Part shown: piece by piece, positions 55,808-64,000 of the stretch
Layout: each line of letters opens with the position of its first letter
Position numbering within the stretch: position 1 is the stretch's first letter
Assembly: GCA_030596605.1 (NCBI GenBank)
Contig: JAUVJI010000002.1
Location: forward strand, 2,904 to 66,903
DNA from: Bacteroidales bacterium
GTDB taxonomy: Bacteria; Bacteroidota; Bacteroidia; Bacteroidales; JAADJA01
Length of the DNA stretch: 64,000 nt
Direction of reading: 5' to 3'
Notes under the pieces: model-generated
Database searches by the model: none
What the model saw: the letters and a program-made list of their open reading frames with translations, nothing else
Told to the model about the DNA's origin: nothing
Position numbers and translations under genes: made by a program

Positions 55808-56974
55808 ATGAATAAGAAGTATGAAGAATCATATTTTGGTAAATTTGTGAACTTACATTGCAATTCAGGCTTGAAAAACAAACCTAATATTTTAGTATGC
55901 CCACTGGACTGGGGTATCGGACATGCAACCCGTTGTGTTCCGATAATCAATGAGTTAATTGAGCAGAATACCAATGTGATTATAGGTGCAGATAATCGTC
56001 CTTTAGCTTTCTTGAAGCAAGAATTTCCCTCACTACAGTTCGTTCAGTTCCCCGGTTATAAATTTTCATATCCCGGTAAAGGAAGTATGGCCTTTAAAAT
56101 GGCAAGGCAGGCTCCAGCCATCTTTAAAGGAATTAAAGAAGAAAAATCACTATTAGAAAAAATAATCCAGGAGCACAATATCAACGCTGTAATTTCTGAC
56201 AATCGGTATGGTCTTTCCTCAAATACTATTCCCAGTATTTTTATAACCCATCAGGTTATGATCAAAGTGCCAGCCCACTTGAAGTTTCTTGAAACAAAAC
56301 TTTATAAAAAAAATATAGCTTACATATCAAAATTCAATGAATGCTGGATACCTGACTTCGAAAATGAAATAAATCTTTCAGGCGACCTTTCACATAAAAA
56401 ACCCTTGCCACCAAAATCCTATTATATTGGACCATTGTCGAGGTTTGCAAATAAAAGATCATCTCCAGCCAAAAGTGATATTAAAGACAAATATAAATAT
56501 GATTTATTGGTTATGTTATCCGGCCCTGAACCACAAAGAACAATATTGGAGAAAAAGATAATAAATGAATTATCAAGAATGAATTTGAAAAGCATTGTGG
56601 TTTGTGGTAAACCCGAAAAGCTTGAAGATAGGATTATTGAAGATAAGATTATTATACATTCACATCTGGATAGTAAAAGTTTGGAGAAGATTATAGAAGA
56701 AAGTAGAATAGTCATATCCCGTCCAGGCTATTCCACAGTCATGGATATTGTAGCACTAGGCAAGAAAGCCATTTTCATTCCCACACCAGGCCAGACTGAA
56801 CAGGAATATCTTGCCGAACATTACCATAATAAAAGGTTCTATTTTAAAATGAATCAAAAAGAATTCAATCTTACCAAAGCATTGTCTGAAGCAACTGAAT
56901 TTTCAGGCATAAAATTGGAATTCGATCAGACTAAACTCAAAAAAAGAATTTGGAAATTCCTGGATAGCATTTAA
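55808..56974 (+). CDS. Glycosyltransferase, GT28/MurG-like (UDP-glycosyltransferase family)
   Basis: N-terminal LDWGIGHATRC and C-terminal ...ISRPGYSTVMDIVALGKKAIFIPTPGQTEQEYLAEH. The ATG at 55808 avoids overlap with the divergent dprA; the TTG at 55757 is the alternative. Confidence 0.7.
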   Translation: MNKKYEESYFGKFVNLHCNSGLKNKPNILVCPLDWGIGHATRCVPIINELIEQNTNVIIGADNRPLAFLKQEFPSLQFVQFPGYKFSYPGKGSMAFKMARQAPAIFKGIKEEKSLLEKIIQEHNINAVISDNRYGLSSNTIPSIFITHQVMIKVPAHLKFLETKLYKKNIAYISKFNECWIPDFENEINLSGDLSHKKPLPPKSYYIGPLSRFANKRSSPAKSDIKDKYKYDLLVMLSGPEPQRTILEKKIINELSRMNLKSIVVCGKPEKLEDRIIEDKIIIHSHLDSKSLEKIIEESRIVISRPGYSTVMDIVALGKKAIFIPTPGQTEQEYLAEHYHNKRFYFKMNQKEFNLTKALSEATEFSGIKLEFDQTKLKKRIWKFLDSI

Positions 56975-57042
56975 GCATTTTCAAATCCCATAAACTTCCC
57001 TTCATCTCCTTTTGTATATTTGCCGACTCAAATTAATCTTCA

Positions 57043-57831
57043 ATGATATTAAATTCAATTATCTGGGATGTCAATCCTGAAATTTTCCGAATTGGAAGTT
57101 TTGCCATCCGCTGGTATGGCCTTTTGTTTGCAATGGGGTTTGTTTCAGGTTATATCATTCTTGGCCAAATATTCAAGAAAGAAAACATTCCTTCCAAGCT
57201 GCTTGATACTGTTACCACATATATGGTAATTGCAACAGTGATTGGCGCCAGGTTGGGCCACTTCCTGTTTTACGAACCTGAATATTTTTTGCAAAATCCG
57301 ATCCAAATTCTGAAAATCTGGGAAGGTGGCCTCGCCAGTCATGGAGCTGCAATAGGTATACTAATTGCTTTGTATATATTTTCACGAAAAACTAATAAAC
57401 CATACTTCTGGACTTTAGATAGAATTGCTATCGTTGTTGCCCTTGCCGGATTTTTTATTAGAATTGGAAATTTAATGAACTCGGAAATATATGGCATAGA
57501 AACCGGTTTGCCCTGGGGATTTATTTTCGTGCTATGGGGAGAAACAGTTCCAAAACATCCGACACAGATTTATGAAGGATTATCATATTTGATTATATTC
57601 TTTATCCTGCATTCAATATATTTAAAGAAAGGAACCCAATTAAAACATGGGTATTTATTTGGACTATTCATGATTTTACTTTTCAGTGTTAGATTTTTAA
57701 TTGAAATTATAAAAGAGCCACAGGTTGGCTTTGAAGAAAATATGATATTAAACATGGGACAATTACTCAGTATTCCCTTTATACTGATAGGGATATTTAT
57801 AATGCTCCGAGCCCGGAAAAAATCAGATTAA
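57043..57831 (+). CDS. lgt: Prolipoprotein diacylglyceryl transferase
   Basis: IRWYGLLFAMGF..., GARLGH, W.GGLASHGAAIG, IRIGNLMNSEIYG and PTQIYE are the Lgt family signatures. Confidence 0.9.
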   Translation: MILNSIIWDVNPEIFRIGSFAIRWYGLLFAMGFVSGYIILGQIFKKENIPSKLLDTVTTYMVIATVIGARLGHFLFYEPEYFLQNPIQILKIWEGGLASHGAAIGILIALYIFSRKTNKPYFWTLDRIAIVVALAGFFIRIGNLMNSEIYGIETGLPWGFIFVLWGETVPKHPTQIYEGLSYLIIFFILHSIYLKKGTQLKHGYLFGLFMILLFSVRFLIEIIKEPQVGFEENMILNMGQLLSIPFILIGIFIMLRARKKSD

Positions 57832-57867
57832 ACGCCATTTTTTATATGTAAACAAATATTGAGTCCA

Positions 57868-58005
57868 CTCCGAAAAGTCATTTTTGATAGAATAATGGTA
57901 TAATGCCCGCCTGAACGGACGGGCAGGGAAATTTGGAATGCTGGAATAATGGGGGAGCCAATATTCCATTCTTCCAATATTCCAAAGCGATGGACTTTTT
58001 AAAGT
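57868..58005. repeat. Palindrome-rich spacer between convergent lgt and DUF2723 genes (TGGAATA / TATTCCA words, GC hairpin)
   Basis: GCCCGCCTGAACGGACGGGC hairpin. GGAATGCTGGAATAAT ... AATATTCCATTCTTCCAATATTCC inverted words. Probably a bidirectional terminator or REP-like element. Confidence 0.4.
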
Positions 58006-58016
58006 AAGCTCAATAT

Positions 58017-61000
58017 TTATTGTTTAAAGCTGCTCATAAAAACGCTATCAATTTTATTATGCAGCTCAGTCTGATCATTAATTTGTGCCATCATGGATAA
58101 TCTTTGCAGGACACCAAGAGCCTGTTCATAATCAGATTTATAATATTGTGATAGTCTGCTATTGAGGCGGTTGTAATAATCAATATTTTGTGAATAAATT
58201 TCAAAAATCCTTTCTGTAATGGCATTTCCTTTTTCTATTGCCCCCGCTTCGTAATATACATCAGCAAAAGGAATCATATACATATCATATGTGAATTTAC
58301 TTTCAGGAAATTCTTCGAGACAGCGGTCAAGCAACTCAATGGCCTTTTCTTTTTCTCCTTTTTTTACCAATGCCTCGGCTACACGCATAAAATTTTGTTT
58401 CGGGATAATTGAATTTCTTGCACTTTCACGATCGACATACACATTGGGATCTTTTAAGTTACCCCACGAACACTTGTTCATAAAAACGTCATAGCAAACT
58501 TCAGCATGAATACCCCCAACTCCTGAAATAAAATTCTCAGATTTTACCGGCATAAATTTATAAACCATTCCTTCTAAATGACAATACTGCTCAATCCCAA
58601 GTACCTTATTGATGGAACTTGGATTGGCAAAATAGATTGGCCGTTCCCAATTATTGGTTGCAATTATATCCAAAAGCATTAAATCGTTTTTATACAGGTA
58701 ATTCTGCTTTACATCCCAATTTATTGATGAAACTATTTTATCAGTCAATTGTTCAGGGACAGCACCTTTTGCAATAATATCTGCCGAATCAATGATTAGT
58801 CTGAATTTTTTCGTTGGCGAAAAATTGATCTTTTCACCGCTTGTCAAGGTAAGTTTTGTTCGTTCGTTTTCACTTGCAATAAAATCAACAACCTGGTCTA
58901 ATTCAGCATAACCTTGCAGGTTGGTACTATAAAAAACCACGGCATTATTCACACCATTTTGATATTGATCGTACGAAAGTGTAAATGGCAATGGTTCCGA
59001 TTCATATGCCTTATTCATCATTTGGTGAATATACCAATGGCCGGAAGCGAGCATAAAATTCACCACCCTTACATCTGTTCTTATTCCTTCAACTTCCTGG
59101 GCATACCATAATGGGAATGTATCATTATCACCATTTGTAAATAATATAGCATTGGGTTCACATGAATTGAGATAATTAGCAGCAAAATCGCGTGCAGCAT
59201 ATTTACCTGACCGGTCATGATCATTCCACCCTTCTTTGGCCATAATCGTTGGCACAAGTAAAAGAGAAAAGGCAGTTACAGCAATTGCAGCAATTTTGGG
59301 GTTCATTCTTTTTTGAAGTATATTAAAAAGTGCCAGCACACCAAAACCTATCCAAATCGCAAATGCATAAAATGAGCTTGCATAAGCATAATCCCTTTCC
59401 CGTGGTTGATAAGGATACTGATTAAGGTATACTGTAACAGCTATACCTGTCATTAAAAACAGCAGGGCAACAACAAGGGTATCTTTTTTATTGCTGTTCA
59501 AATGATAAAACAATCCTAACAAACCAAGCAAAAAAGGAAGCATAAAAAATTCATTTCGTGCCGGATTATGGATACTATCAGGTAAATTATCCTGTGGCCC
59601 TAAACCAAGTATATTTTCATCAAACCAGTTGAAACCTGTTAACCAGTTTCCATGCTCAATTTCTCCCTGGCTTTCAATATCATTCTGCCGCCCTGAGAAA
59701 TTCCACATAAAATACCGGAAATACATATGTCCTATTTGATAAGTGAAGAAAAACCTGAGATTTTCACCAAATGTGGGTTTCATTTTAACATCTGCGGTCC
59801 CATCATTCTTTTGCACTTCCATCGGGATGCCCTTGATTTTTCCGTATTGCTTATACATTTGAATGTGAGCAGGTTTCTGACTGCTCCACATCCGCGGGAA
59901 AAGCGTTGTAAACCTTGGATCATAAACCGGAATAGCACCCTTGCGATCATCGGTGATTACATACTTTTCCTTTTTTGTATCTTTTACATATATAGGATTG
60001 CCATCCTTTAAATCAACAGTTGGAGCATTATAATATTGACCATACAAAATAGGCCAGTCGCCATATTGCTCACGGGCTAAATACGATAATAAACTAATCG
60101 CATCTTCAGGGCTGTTTTCATCTATTGGAGGATCGGCGCTGGAACGGATAATGATCATAAAAAAGGAAGAATACCCGATAAGGATAAAAGTAAAGCTCAA
60201 TAAAATCGTATTCCATAAAACCTTTTGCTTTTTCCTGGTATAATGAAGTCCCCAGATGATCAATCCTATAAGCAAAACGAAATAAAAGGCGGTACCTGAA
60301 TTAAAAGGTAGTCGAAACGAATTTACAAAAAGTAACTCAAATAAACTTGACAATTTCACTATCCAGGGAATTATACCGTTCATTATAATTCCTAAAAACA
60401 CAACTGAAATAATACCTGTCAGAATTACTCCTTTTGTAGTTGGTTTATATTTCTTGAAATAATACACAAAAGCAATAGCAGGGATTGCAAGTAAGTTAAG
60501 AAGGTGCACCCCGATGGAGAGGCCTATTAAAAAGGCTATTAGTAATATCCACCCGTTGGCATGAATTCCGTCTGCTTCATCTTCCCATTTTAATATAGCC
60601 CAGAAAACAACAGCGGTAAACAAAGAGGACATGGCATATTCTTCACCTTCAGCAGCTGAGAACCAAAAGGAATCTGAGAATGTAAAAGCTAAAGCTCCCA
60701 CTACTCCACTACCCAAAACTGCATACATTTTACCATCAGACACTTCACCTGATTGCAACATAATCTTCTTTGCAAGGTGTGTTATCGTCCAGAAGAGAAA
60801 CAGGATGGTAAAACTACTGCTAAGGGCAGACATAATATTAACCATCAAGGCTACATTGGAAACATCACCGAAAGCAAATAGTGAGAAAAACCTGCCGATC
60901 AATTGGAACAATGGCGCCCCCGGAGGATGCCCAACTTGCAGTTTATAGGCAGTAGCGATATACTCGCCGCAGTCCCACCAACTGGCTGTAGGTTCAACGG

Positions 61001-61076
61001 TAAGAAGATAAACGATTGATGCAATGGCAAAAACAATCCAACCGGTAATGCTGTTTAACTTTTTGTATAATTCCAT
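58017..61076 (-). CDS. DUF2723-family large polytopic membrane protein (glycosyltransferase-C-like) with C-terminal TPR-like region
   Basis: N-terminal TASWWDCGEYIATAYKLQVGHPPGAPLFQLIGRFF is the DUF2723 hallmark. More than ten TM helices, then a soluble C-terminal half. Confidence 0.8.
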   Translation of the reverse strand: MELYKKLNSITGWIVFAIASIVYLLTVEPTASWWDCGEYIATAYKLQVGHPPGAPLFQLIGRFFSLFAFGDVSNVALMVNIMSALSSSFTILFLFWTITHLAKKIMLQSGEVSDGKMYAVLGSGVVGALAFTFSDSFWFSAAEGEEYAMSSLFTAVVFWAILKWEDEADGIHANGWILLIAFLIGLSIGVHLLNLLAIPAIAFVYYFKKYKPTTKGVILTGIISVVFLGIIMNGIIPWIVKLSSLFELLFVNSFRLPFNSGTAFYFVLLIGLIIWGLHYTRKKQKVLWNTILLSFTFILIGYSSFFMIIIRSSADPPIDENSPEDAISLLSYLAREQYGDWPILYGQYYNAPTVDLKDGNPIYVKDTKKEKYVITDDRKGAIPVYDPRFTTLFPRMWSSQKPAHIQMYKQYGKIKGIPMEVQKNDGTADVKMKPTFGENLRFFFTYQIGHMYFRYFMWNFSGRQNDIESQGEIEHGNWLTGFNWFDENILGLGPQDNLPDSIHNPARNEFFMLPFLLGLLGLFYHLNSNKKDTLVVALLFLMTGIAVTVYLNQYPYQPRERDYAYASSFYAFAIWIGFGVLALFNILQKRMNPKIAAIAVTAFSLLLVPTIMAKEGWNDHDRSGKYAARDFAANYLNSCEPNAILFTNGDNDTFPLWYAQEVEGIRTDVRVVNFMLASGHWYIHQMMNKAYESEPLPFTLSYDQYQNGVNNAVVFYSTNLQGYAELDQVVDFIASENERTKLTLTSGEKINFSPTKKFRLIIDSADIIAKGAVPEQLTDKIVSSINWDVKQNYLYKNDLMLLDIIATNNWERPIYFANPSSINKVLGIEQYCHLEGMVYKFMPVKSENFISGVGGIHAEVCYDVFMNKCSWGNLKDPNVYVDRESARNSIIPKQNFMRVAEALVKKGEKEKAIELLDRCLEEFPESKFTYDMYMIPFADVYYEAGAIEKGNAITERIFEIYSQNIDYYNRLNSRLSQYYKSDYEQALGVLQRLSMMAQINDQTELHNKIDSVFMSSFKQ

Positions 61077-61303
61077 GGGTAAGTGAATTATTTTCAGATT
61101 AGCTGGCGAAATTAAGCATTTTAAGATTTATAAATAAATCGGTTAAAAAATATTAACTTAAATTAACAAAGGTTTAGTGGGATAATTGCAATGAATTTAT
61201 AATTTATACTTGGATGATATAAAATAATTTATAATTTTGCACCCCTTAAAGACAACGTTCTTTAAAGTCTGAAATCTACAATCAATAAAATCTCATATAT
61301 GAT

Positions 61304-61374
61304 TGTCCTATGGTGTAAAGGTAGCACTGCAGATTTTGGTTCTGCCGGTCTAGGTTCGAATCCTAGTGGGACAA
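61304..61374 (+). tRNA. tRNA-Gln (anticodon TTG)
   Basis: Folded by hand. Acceptor TGTCCTA/TGGGACA with one T-G pair. D-arm GTGT-AAAGGTA-GCAC. Anticodon arm GCAGA-TTTTGGT-TCTGC with TTG at positions 34-36. T-arm CTAGG-TTCGAAT-CCTAG. Discriminator A. CCA is not encoded. Confidence 0.9.
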
Positions 61375-61380
61375 CAAAAA

Positions 61381-61415
61381 AGCTCTGACAATTAAATTGT
61401 TCAGGGCTTTTTTTA
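61381..61415 (+). terminator. Terminator-like hairpin after tRNA-Gln
   Basis: AGCTCTGACAATTAAATTGTTCAGGGC followed by TTTTTTT. Confidence 0.55.
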
Positions 61416-61459
61416 TATTTCTTGAATGCATGTCAAAAAAAGACCCTCAATCACTAGGA

Positions 61460-62206
61460 TTACTGAGTCCTTATCCCGCTATGGGCAATCCTGGCAGTAC
61501 TTGTCTGCGCTCTTTTGAAAGCTCCGCTCAAATAATAGGTTATTCCAATACTTAAGTATGTATAATAATCAAAATCGTTATTTTTAACCAGGTTATCCAA
61601 TTTGTCATTTTGTAGCTGATGCAGGTTTAAATCAGCAGTAATTCCAATCCTTTCGGTTACTTTATAGTAAATACCCGCACCGAAAGAATATACAAATTCA
61701 GGTACGGCAGCCGTATGTTCTTTTATGATTGGCGGCCCTTCATTAAATTCAAAAGTTGTGACATTAAATAAAAGTTGTCCAATTCCTGCACTTCCTATTA
61801 TTCCAAAATTTGATCGATTATCCGGCCAAAATAGATTGATGAAATCAATTCTTGCCTGGAGATTGTATTCGATCAAATCAGTTTTAAATGTAATATTATT
61901 ATTACCTCCCTTTAGCTTTCCATAAAATAGTTGTCCGGATAAACCCAACCACTTTGTTACATCCTTGGTTAGCATAATTCCGTATGCAGCGCCACTTTCG
62001 CTCGACAATTTCTCTACCACATCGTTATCATAATAACTCATGTCCCCAAAATAGGATGTATAACCAACATTGGCATTTATCGACCAGTTTTTTATAAATC
62101 TTGAACCGTGTTCATTCCCTCCCCACTTCTGAGCTTTTAATAAAAGCGGAGATGAGTAAATAAAAATCAATAAGATTATGGTTAATAGTATACTTTTCCT
62201 TTTCAT
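61460..62206 (-). CDS. Outer-membrane beta-barrel protein (hypothetical)
   Basis: Signal peptide MKRKSILLTIILLIFIYSSPLLLKAQ, then alternating beta-strand pattern (INANVGYTSYFGD..., GAGIYYKV, ITADLNL). Confidence 0.6.
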   Translation of the reverse strand: MKRKSILLTIILLIFIYSSPLLLKAQKWGGNEHGSRFIKNWSINANVGYTSYFGDMSYYDNDVVEKLSSESGAAYGIMLTKDVTKWLGLSGQLFYGKLKGGNNNITFKTDLIEYNLQARIDFINLFWPDNRSNFGIIGSAGIGQLLFNVTTFEFNEGPPIIKEHTAAVPEFVYSFGAGIYYKVTERIGITADLNLHQLQNDKLDNLVKNNDFDYYTYLSIGITYYLSGAFKRAQTSTARIAHSGIRTQ

Positions 62207-62793
62207 ATGCTTAAAATTTAATTAGCTATTATGTTGAATAAAAATCATGCCCAATTAGAAATTTTGCCAAGAATCAATACTTGAAACACATATCATAAAT
62301 GATATTTTTAACAAAATTCCCATCAAACAAGGACACGTTACAACAAAGAACTTTTGTTTTTGTTTACCTTCATAAGTCAATTTCCCAGTATTTTAAGTTT
62401 TGATAATTAAAAACGATTATTTGAAATCTAAAAATTTTCATGATAGATATCCGCTCTGTTAGATGCTAAATTAATTCAGAACTTTCCGGATTGGTGTTAA
62501 CTAAATGTTAAATCCCATATTGGGAAGAAAGTTTAATATTTGGAAATTTTATCAATAAGAAACAGGGTCAAATTCAACACCTCTCTATAACTGTTTAATA
62601 TCATACATTTAGAGAGATTATATATGTGAGGGGTTTTTAATATTATCAAATAAATCAGTATAAAAATATTTGAAGTAAAGCTGGATTTTTCTATATATGG
62701 ATGTTAAATAAATGTTAATAAAAGAAGAGCTATCAACAGAATTAGCCAAATTAAATCTATTTCTGTGGAAAATTATATTGAAAAATAGTGGAA

Positions 62794-64000
62794 TTAGTCT
62801 GGTACCTGGTATTCAAAATCCAGATTTTTTAACCAATTTTCGTTTTTATCGAAATTATCAACCTGGCCATTCAGATTAAAATCCCCAATTAGATATCCTT
62901 GCTTTCCGGATTGTGTGCCCCATATGCTTTTATCTTCAAAATTAACGATCCCATCTGTATTACCATCTGCTGATACCATTCCCCAGACATTGGTTATAAT
63001 TTCCTTGTATCCTGCTTCAAAACCATAAACCTGGTATTGATCCAAAGAAAAATCAAACGAATAATGACCATTATTAACGACAACCGGAACCGAAGTCATA
63101 ATATCAAGGTGATTCCTGTGACGTACGATTATGTATAAATCGTTGCTAACCGGCAAATCAAAAATTGGAATATTTATTTGATCCTGACTTACAATTATCC
63201 CATCCTTTAGCAGAAAACAAGCCTCCTTCAAAATTGTTGAATCAGGGATCGCACTTGAGGCATCGCCACTGGTCTCTCTTAATTCAACCAGCACCCAATC
63301 TACAATATCAGGGTTTTGAATAGATGTAACAGATTCATCGCCAAAATAATTCCATGGTGGTTGATTATAAGGTTGTACCAATGGGAAATTGGTTAAACCG
63401 GTTAAATCGGTGTTCATTTCGTTTCCATCAAATGGGCCTTCAAGAAAAACTTTCAGGTCGAGGAAATATTCTGAAGGTACAATTGAGGATTGAACCTCAA
63501 TATTACAAATAACCGGTAAATGATCGGACATGTAATAGAGAGCCTGCAAAACAGAATCGGGAACAGATGTATTCACAGGAGCATCAATCAATGACATGTT
63601 AAAATGATTCCCGTCATTTCCGAGAGCGTAACATGAATTATTGATATATTTTACACCATTGTTTCCATTTAATACATCATTGCTAAAAAGTATAAAATCG
63701 AACCTATCGTCCATTCCACCGGTCGCACCGCCACCGAATTGCGATGTACGTGTACTCTGTGAATGAATCATTGAATATAAATCATTATTATGCCAGTTAG
63801 CAGCCGGTAGCGGATCATTCAATGGGTATAGCCCATCATTGATCAATGATTGATATGCTGGTTCAGAACTTGTATAGACATTAAAATCCCCACCGAAGAA
63901 TATATTTTTCGCATTGGGTTTATTATCAATGTGATCTTTGTACTCCAATACTTCGGCGAGACGTTTTTGCGCATTTGTGGAACCCGAACTGGCTTTTAGG
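62794..64000 (-). CDS. Endonuclease/exonuclease/phosphatase (EEP) family domain fused to the LEGPF/HRNHL module; N-terminus beyond window edge
   Basis: The frame stays open upstream of the TTG at 63948 to base 64000. GGDFN and MSDHLPV are EEP motifs. A C-terminal LDLKVFLEGPFDG...DWVLVELRETSGDAS...HRNHLDIMT...GDFNLNGQVDNFDKN module ends ...EYQVPD. Confidence 0.8.
   Translation of the reverse strand, partial: LKASSGSTNAQKRLAEVLEYKDHIDNKPNAKNIFFGGDFNVYTSSEPAYQSLINDGLYPLNDPLPAANWHNNDLYSMIHSQSTRTSQFGGGATGGMDDRFDFILFSNDVLNGNNGVKYINNSCYALGNDGNHFNMSLIDAPVNTSVPDSVLQALYYMSDHLPVICNIEVQSSIVPSEYFLDLKVFLEGPFDGNEMNTDLTGLTNFPLVQPYNQPPWNYFGDESVTSIQNPDIVDWVLVELRETSGDASSAIPDSTILKEACFLLKDGIIVSQDQINIPIFDLPVSNDLYIIVRHRNHLDIMTSVPVVVNNGHYSFDFSLDQYQVYGFEAGYKEIITNVWGMVSADGNTDGIVNFEDKSIWGTQSGKQGYLIGDFNLNGQVDNFDKNENWLKNLDFEYQVPD
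62797..63462 (-). other. LEGPF/HRNHL module copy D (on the EEP enzyme)
   Basis: LDLKVFLEGPF...DWVLVELRETSGDAS...HRNHLDIMT...ADGNTDGIVNFED...GDFNLNGQVDNFDKN...QVPD. Confidence 0.8.

Noticed and set aside
62207-62793. A 587-bp AT-rich gap with no ORF, as a possible ncRNA or pseudogene
   Set aside because: I could not find conserved structure, repeats shared with other parts of the window, or decayed reading frames. It probably holds the terminator of the EEP-module gene and the promoter of the OMP gene.

Overview
This is an AT-rich, Bacteroidota-type chromosomal window. Supporting signs are type-A T9SS C-terminal sorting domains, a SusC/SusD pair, sigma-54, a DUF2723 protein and TAnnTTTG-like -7 boxes. 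I recognised one tRNA-Gln(TTG) and no rRNA, CRISPR array, transposase, integrase, reverse transcriptase or phage gene. All domain calls come from reading the supplied translations; no searches were run.

The window falls into three zones.

(i) 1-18.6 kb is an accessory cell-surface locus. It holds two small T9SS cargo genes, an orphan LytTR-domain regulator with a truncated receiver, and four very large modular secreted proteins. These four are: a Kelch + 3x190-aa beta-helix repeat + dockerin-like + cohesin-like + T9SS CTD giant; a 4x[cohesin-like + Ig-like] scaffoldin-like protein; a GloVer-repeat/FN3/FISUMP protein; and a PKD/LamG-like protein. Three of the four carry the same ~220-aa module that I could not match to a named family (LEGPF...DWVxVELR...HRNHL...two DxDxNGxVxxxD loops) and have no T9SS CTD. 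A solitary Fic gene follows.

(ii) 18.6-28.9 kb holds five tandem minus-strand paralogs (~620 aa) of an Asp-box (BNR) beta-propeller protein with T9SS CTDs. A sixth copy lies at 45.1 kb behind SusC/SusD.

(iii) The rest is mostly housekeeping: LptF/G-like permease, three glycosyltransferases, hisS, an MIO ammonia-lyase, corA, rpoN, asnS, DAHP synthase-chorismate mutase, dprA, lgt, and a DUF2723 membrane protein. At the right edge an EEP-family enzyme is fused to a fourth copy of the ~220-aa module.

Main leads:
- An exact 15-mer (ACCGTTAACTGATTT) sits in 21-bp-spaced direct repeats upstream of four of the six propeller paralogs. It matches the LytTR half-site consensus and so links them to the orphan LytTR gene.
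- The left locus may encode a T9SS-anchored cohesin/dockerin-like surface assembly.
- The portable ~220-aa module is a separate lead.
- A ~300-bp structured non-coding region is duplicated after two genes and is better conserved than the adjacent coding sequence. A compact third copy lies beyond the Fic gene, so copies of the element bracket it.
- Several palindromic or MITE-like intergenic elements are present.
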